Origin: Sandaracinaceae bacterium
GTDB lineage: Bacteria; Myxococcota_A; Polyangia; Polyangiales; Sandaracinaceae
NCBI GenBank assembly: GCA_044220955.1
Contig: JBGAQA010000102.1
Coordinates: 1 to 22,514 of the forward strand
Direction: 5' to 3'
DNA length: 22,514 bases
Position 1 is the first letter of the stretch, and the number at the start of each line of letters is the position of its first letter. Under the pieces are notes generated by a model. That model worked only from the letters and a program-made list of their open reading frames with translations. It made no database searches and was not told the origin of the DNA. Shown piece after piece: positions 17,732 to 22,514 of the stretch. Both the position numbers and the translations under genes were made by a program.

Positions 17732-18034
17732 CGACACGACCTCGCGCCTCGGTACGGGCGGGTGCGCCGTCGCGCCCGGGCCCGACGCGATCGGGAGACC
17801 GGTCCACGTGGCCCCGAAGCTCGCGTACATCGCGCAGGCCGCGTCTTCGAAGACCCCGTGGTGCGGCGGGCTGACGCGCGAGACGAAGAGCCCGTAGCCC
17901 TCGGCGACGGGGTCGGCCAGGATCCGCGCGCGCTCGGCAGCAGCGACGGCGAGCAGGGCCGTCTCGTTGTAGAGCTTGATGTCGGAGCAGATCGCCCGGG
18001 CGAGCCGCCGCGCCTGATCGGGGTCGTCGATCAC
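17642..18034 (-). CDS. Small hypothetical protein with a C-terminal TM anchor
   Basis: ARRLARAICSDIKLYNE..EGYGLFVSRV resembles a helical domain I recall from deltaproteobacterial proteins. Hydrophobic C-terminus. The start is GTG 18034 or 18049. Confidence 0.65.
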   Translation of the reverse strand: MIDDPDQARRLARAICSDIKLYNETALLAVAAAERARILADPVAEGYGLFVSRVSPPHHGVFEDAACAMYASFGATWTGLPIASGPGATAHPPVPRREVVSSPAAPVFLVLAVAGLALAVGAAAFLVLAR

Positions 18035-18091
18035 CGATGCAGCGTACACACAATTGCGTCGGCCCGGCGCCGCCGGGCACTCGGGCCGTGC

Positions 18092-19627
18092 TCAGCGCGC
18101 CCGGAGGGTGAACGCGTGCGACGCCACCGTCTCGCTCGTGGTCAGCGAGAGCACGCGGCGGCCCGCGTCGAACGACTGCGTCCAGGTCCCGCTCGGATCG
18201 GTCGACGTCACGTCGAAGCCGCCGGGGAAGAAGCGCTCGGCCGGGACGAAGATCTCGGTCGGGCCCGTGACGCCGGCTCGGGTGTCGAACGCGAGCGTGA
18301 AGACGCGGGTGGTGCGGTCCCACGACCACGCCGTCGGCGTGCCCGCGACGCGCTGCGGGTAGACGCGCACGAGCTGATCGATGTTCGACTGCTCGGTCAT
18401 CGCGATCGGATCCCAGAAGCCCCACGTGCCCGGGCTGTAGGCCCAGTAGGCCCAGGAGATCATCTGCCGGTCGGCCATCTCGAGGACGTCGTCGAGGTAC
18501 TGCGCCGCGCCCGGGAAGGTGCGATCCATGCCGAACTCGCCCATCAGGATCGGGAAGTTCTGCGCGCGGCTCTCCTCGATGCGCGCCGCCTCCCAGCGCG
18601 CGACGGTGCGATCGCTCGGCGCGTAGCTGCTCGAGGCCTCGTAGTTGAACGAGTAGAGGTGCGGCGCGTAGACGACGCGGCTCTCACCCGGGCGCGGATC
18701 GGTGAGCGGCGCGAAGTACTGCACGGCGCCGCTGCCGGCTGCGCCGAAGCGGGGCTCGAAGAAGATCCAGTGGTCCGGGTCCACCGCGCGGATGCGATCG
18801 ATCAGCCGCTGGTAGAACGGGATGAGGAGCGTCTGATCGAACACGCTCGTCACCGAGGTCGGGCCGGCGGCGACACCGCGCGTGATCTCCGCGAGGTCGA
18901 TCGCCGAGCCGCCCGAGGGCTCGTTGATGAGGTCGAAGCCGAGCAGCGCCGGATGATCGCGGAAGCGCGTCGCGAGCGCGACCCAGACGTCGCCGTAGTG
19001 GTCCTGCAGGTCGCGGTCGGCGGCGTCGTAGCTGAAGAAGTGATCGAACGCGCGCTCCACCGCGGGCTGCAGGTAGTTCAGCGACCAGACCGACTGCAGC
19101 GCGAAGGGGAGGCCATCGTCGCGGATCGCCCAGGCGGGCGCGCCGTCGCAGCAGAAGCGCCGCGCGTACACGTCCTGGTGCATGTCGAGCATCACCAACA
19201 TCCCGTGCGCGGCGGCCCAGTCGAGGCGCTGCTCGATGCGGTCGAAGTAGGCCTGGTCGATCATCCCGGGCATGGGCTCGGCGGCCTCCCAGAACACGAG
19301 GTAGCGATCGAAGTCGAAGCCCCACGTCTCGGTCATCCGCTGGACGTCCGCTTCGTCGAACGAGGGCGAGAAGAGCGGGTCGTCCTTCGCCGTCCCGTCG
19401 TTGATGCCGTGGAGGATCAGCGCGCGCCCCTGGGTGTCCGTGATGAACCGGCGCGGCGGCGGCGGTCCGGCGTCCATCCCGGCGTCGACCCCCACGTCGG
19501 GGCGCCCCGCCTCGACCCGCGCGCCGTCGACGCCGGCGTCGCCCGCGGCGGGGGGCAGGTCACCGCCGCAGCCGCTGCCGGCGAGCGCGAGGACCAGCGC
19601 GGCGAGGATGGAGGCGGTGCGCAGCAT
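18092..19627 (-). CDS. GH5 endoglycoceramidase-like lipoprotein with a C-terminal beta-sandwich
   Basis: Lipobox AGSGC. Motifs GRALILHGIN, DMHQD, DGAPAWA, acid/base NEP, YAPHLY, nucleophile GEFG, WAYW, and RVYPQRVAGTP leading into the C-terminal domain. Confidence 0.88.
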   Translation of the reverse strand: MLRTASILAALVLALAGSGCGGDLPPAAGDAGVDGARVEAGRPDVGVDAGMDAGPPPPRRFITDTQGRALILHGINDGTAKDDPLFSPSFDEADVQRMTETWGFDFDRYLVFWEAAEPMPGMIDQAYFDRIEQRLDWAAAHGMLVMLDMHQDVYARRFCCDGAPAWAIRDDGLPFALQSVWSLNYLQPAVERAFDHFFSYDAADRDLQDHYGDVWVALATRFRDHPALLGFDLINEPSGGSAIDLAEITRGVAAGPTSVTSVFDQTLLIPFYQRLIDRIRAVDPDHWIFFEPRFGAAGSGAVQYFAPLTDPRPGESRVVYAPHLYSFNYEASSSYAPSDRTVARWEAARIEESRAQNFPILMGEFGMDRTFPGAAQYLDDVLEMADRQMISWAYWAYSPGTWGFWDPIAMTEQSNIDQLVRVYPQRVAGTPTAWSWDRTTRVFTLAFDTRAGVTGPTEIFVPAERFFPGGFDVTSTDPSGTWTQSFDAGRRVLSLTTSETVASHAFTLRAR

Positions 19628-19661
19628 GTCGACGAGCGAGTCTACGGTCTTCCAGCTCCGC

Positions 19662-20315
19662 TCAGAAGACCATGAGCGACACGCCCGCCGTGACCGACAC
19701 GAACGTCTCGAACGCGCTCGGCAGCGCCGTGTCGAAGAGCGCGGACACCGTCGGCCGCAGGTGAAAGCCCACGCGCAGGTGCGAGTCGCTCGGCAGCCAG
19801 ATCCCGAGGACCGGGACGAGGTGCGCGCCGACACCACCGGCTCCGTAGTTCGGCGGGCCGGTGCCGACCGTGTATCCGCCGCCGAGGGCGAGCGCGATCT
19901 CGAAGCTGACGACGTCGCCGACGAACGCGAGCATCGGGCCGATGACGCCGTTGACCGCGAGGTCGGCCGAGAAGGGCCCGCCGCTGGCCGCGTGCCCGGT
20001 CACCGCGAAGATCGGATCGAAGGACACCGTACCTCCGAACACGATCCCATCGCCGAGGTGTGCGCCGAACGATGCGCTCAGGCTGGCCATGCCGCCGCCA
20101 CCGTTGCGGCCGTTCGTGTAGACGTAGTGCCCGTAGCCGCCCCCCAGCGAGACGCGGAGATAGAAGGGGTGGTTCCCCGAGTACGCGTCCGTCCCCTCCT
20201 CCACGGCGTCCTCGCCGGGAGCCTGTGCCCGCGAGCGGCCGGCGGGGCCGAGCGCGCTCAGAGCGACCACGAAGACGACGACGACGACGAGCGACCTCCA
20301 GGCTCTGCGCAGCAT
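19662..20315 (-). CDS. Hypothetical secreted protein, probable small outer-membrane beta-barrel
   Basis: GGAGGAG ribosome-binding site, signal peptide, alternating Gly/hydrophobic strands (FYLRVSLGGGYG) and a terminal Phe. Confidence 0.62.
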   Translation of the reverse strand: MLRRAWRSLVVVVVFVVALSALGPAGRSRAQAPGEDAVEEGTDAYSGNHPFYLRVSLGGGYGHYVYTNGRNGGGGMASLSASFGAHLGDGIVFGGTVSFDPIFAVTGHAASGGPFSADLAVNGVIGPMLAFVGDVVSFEIALALGGGYTVGTGPPNYGAGGVGAHLVPVLGIWLPSDSHLRVGFHLRPTVSALFDTALPSAFETFVSVTAGVSLMVF

Positions 20316-20370
20316 CAGCTCCTCCCCCGGCAGCCCACGTACGCACGGCGGCGCGCGCAGCCACCGCTGC

Positions 20371-22359
20371 TCAGAACCCGTCCAGGCTCTCGGGAGCCGC
20401 CGGCGGCTCTCCGAGCGCGAGGCGTCGCACGTACACCGGCCCGGCGGGAGCGCGGGGATCCTCCTGCGTGAGGACCACGCCCGATGCCGTCACGGCGTGG
20501 ACCCGGAACGACACGGTGACCGGCATCTCGGCCGGCGCCTCGCCGAGCGTGACCTCGCCGCGGCCGACGAAGTCGCCCTGACGGACCACCGCCGAGCCGC
20601 TCGCGCCGACGAGCAACACGAAAGCCTGCCCGTGAGCGGCGGCGCTCGCGCCGACCCAGAACCGCCACGGTGACGCGCAGGGCAGCGCCGTCGATCCCAT
20701 CCCGGCCTCGGGCACGCAGGGCGGGGGCGGCTCGAAGCCCGCGTCGTGCGGGAGGTCCCCGCCGGTGAGCGCGACCTCGCTGCCACGCACGACCGCCGTC
20801 GCACCCGCGAGGCGAACGAGCGCCGCGCCGACGTCTCGGACCAGCGCCCCGCGCGCCGTGATCGTCACCTCGCCGTCGAGCGCGCCCGTGAGCGCCCACT
20901 CGCCCGACGCGCTCAGCAGGGCGAGGACCTGCGCGGCGCTCGCCCGCTCGAAGTCGACGTCGAGACGCCGCGACGAGGGCAGCGCCGGCACGCGCACGTC
21001 GCGCGCACGCGCGAGACGCTCCGTGCTCGCGATCACGTAGATCGCCGCCGGGCCGCTGCCCCAGCGCTCGACCCCGAGGCCCGCGGCGGTCGCGATCGCG
21101 CCCAGCGCGGCCTCGGCCGAGCCCGCCTCGAGCGCGAGCTCGACCGAGGGCACGCTCGCGTCCGCCGCGACGAGCACGCTCGCGTGCCGCACCTGCGCGA
21201 CGAAGCGTGCCGCCTGGTGCACGCTCAGCCCGCGCACGCGGAGCGAGTCCGAGCCGGGCGCCTCGCTCGCGGGGAGCTCCGCGAGCGCCACACGCTCGAT
21301 CGGCACGCCGGCGGCCGGCGCCGCGTGGCCCAGGAGCGCGAGGCCAGCGAGAGGCCGCGGCACCGGGCGGAACGCCGGCATCGTCCGGAACGCCTCGGGC
21401 ATGCGGCCCCAGCAGGACACGGCGTCGCCCACGAGCGCGCACGACGTCCCGCCCGAGACCGCGAGGGCCGTGACCCCGGAGAGCTGTGCCACGTCGACGG
21501 CACCGCCGCGCACCACGTCGCGTCCGTCGCCGAGCTCGCCCGCGTCGGCGTCGCCCACGCAGCGCACCGTCCCGCCCCGACGGCGTACGCACGTGTGGTG
21601 CGCGCCGACACCGATCGACTCGCCGCCCTCCACGCGGAACGAGGCCGGCGCCCGCTGCCCCCAGCACGTGACCGCGCCGGAGCGCGCGAGCGCGCACGCG
21701 TGCCGCCACTCGGCGTCGAGCGAGATCGCGTCGGCGACGCCGTCGATCGCGAACGGCGCCACGACGCTCGCGACGTCCCCACGCCCGAGCGCACCGAGCC
21801 CGTCGTCGCCCCAGCACCACACGGTCCCGTCGTCGCGACGTGCGCAGCCGTGGTGACCACCCGCCGCGATCTCGACGACGCCGGACAGACCGGCCAGCAG
21901 GGTGGCGCGCCACGCGCCCTCGCTGCGCCCCCAGCACCGCACCTGCCCGGTGCGCGTGCGCGCGCACGCCTCGAGGTCGCCGACCGCCACGGCCACCGCA
22001 TCGCCCACGTCGGCCACTGGCGCGGGCGCCTGCGTCTCCGCCTCGCCGATGCGGCCCCAGCACGAGACTCCACCAGCGGCGTGCACGACGCACGTCGCGC
22101 TCGACCCGGCGTCGACGGTGACGGCGTCCGCGATCCCGGGGACGCGCGCGAACAGGCCGCTCGCGGCGCCGGGGCCCTGCCCGCGGCACCACACCTCGCC
22201 CGCGCTGCGACCGCAGATCCGTCCGCCGACCGAGAGCTCGAGCGGGCTCGCCGGCACGCTCGTGGTGGGCGGCGGCGCCGTCGTGGGCGGTGCCGGCGCG
22301 CCGCTGCCACACGCGCTCGCGAACAGCACCGCCGAAGCGACCCGAGCCAGCGTCCGCAT
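20371..22359 (-). CDS. RCC1/BLIP-II repeat lipoprotein with C-terminal STN-like and PilP-like domains
   Basis: Lipobox FASAC. About 7 repeats of the type AAGGHHGCA..GTVWCWG. The C-terminal domain calls are inferred. Confidence 0.8.
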   Translation of the reverse strand: MRTLARVASAVLFASACGSGAPAPPTTAPPPTTSVPASPLELSVGGRICGRSAGEVWCRGQGPGAASGLFARVPGIADAVTVDAGSSATCVVHAAGGVSCWGRIGEAETQAPAPVADVGDAVAVAVGDLEACARTRTGQVRCWGRSEGAWRATLLAGLSGVVEIAAGGHHGCARRDDGTVWCWGDDGLGALGRGDVASVVAPFAIDGVADAISLDAEWRHACALARSGAVTCWGQRAPASFRVEGGESIGVGAHHTCVRRRGGTVRCVGDADAGELGDGRDVVRGGAVDVAQLSGVTALAVSGGTSCALVGDAVSCWGRMPEAFRTMPAFRPVPRPLAGLALLGHAAPAAGVPIERVALAELPASEAPGSDSLRVRGLSVHQAARFVAQVRHASVLVAADASVPSVELALEAGSAEAALGAIATAAGLGVERWGSGPAAIYVIASTERLARARDVRVPALPSSRRLDVDFERASAAQVLALLSASGEWALTGALDGEVTITARGALVRDVGAALVRLAGATAVVRGSEVALTGGDLPHDAGFEPPPPCVPEAGMGSTALPCASPWRFWVGASAAAHGQAFVLLVGASGSAVVRQGDFVGRGEVTLGEAPAEMPVTVSFRVHAVTASGVVLTQEDPRAPAGPVYVRRLALGEPPAAPESLDGF

Positions 22360-22428
22360 ACACACCCCCGTCCGCCGCGAGTCTACGCGAGGCGCGGAGC
22401 GGCGCGTCGGGTCCGTTCGCCAGGGCCG

Positions 22429-22514
22429 TTCTCGCTCGCGTTCTCGCTCTCGCTCTCGCTGTCGCCCTCGCCCTCGCCCTCGCCCTCGCCCTCGCCCGCG
22501 CCCGCGCCCGCGCC
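22429..22514. repeat. Hexamer simple-sequence repeat tract (CTCGCT, CTCGCC, CGCGCC)
   Basis: Directly visible graded tandem hexamers that run off the end of the window. Confidence 0.88.

Overview
GC-rich window that looks like a Myxococcota (Polyangiales/Sandaracinaceae-like) chromosome. This is inferred from the Cys-rich lipoproteins, the zinc-ribbon Ser/Thr kinase and the hexamer repeats. I can support 19 genes. They are: a Cys-rich lipoprotein, a Ser/Thr kinase, a long plant-like quinolinate synthase (nadA), a Tat/lipoprotein cholesterol-oxidase-like GMC enzyme followed by two coupled paralogous lipoproteins with a probable START/SRPBCC-like fold, a KirBac K+ channel, a VapBC-like toxin-antitoxin pair, a DUF2721-like protein, a TetR-radical SAM-membrane protein operon, glycogen phosphorylase, an uncharacterised lipoprotein, a SAM methyltransferase, a small membrane-anchored protein, a GH5 endoglycoceramidase-like lipoprotein, a putative beta-barrel protein, and an RCC1-repeat lipoprotein with apparent STN and PilP-like domains. 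I saw no rRNA, tRNA, CRISPR array or transposase. The best candidate for an undescribed system is the sterol-oxidase plus twin-lipoprotein module, which has paired palindromes upstream. The TetR/radical SAM/membrane operon and the RCC1-STN-PilP-like fusion come next. All family calls are motif recognition by eye; no searches were run.
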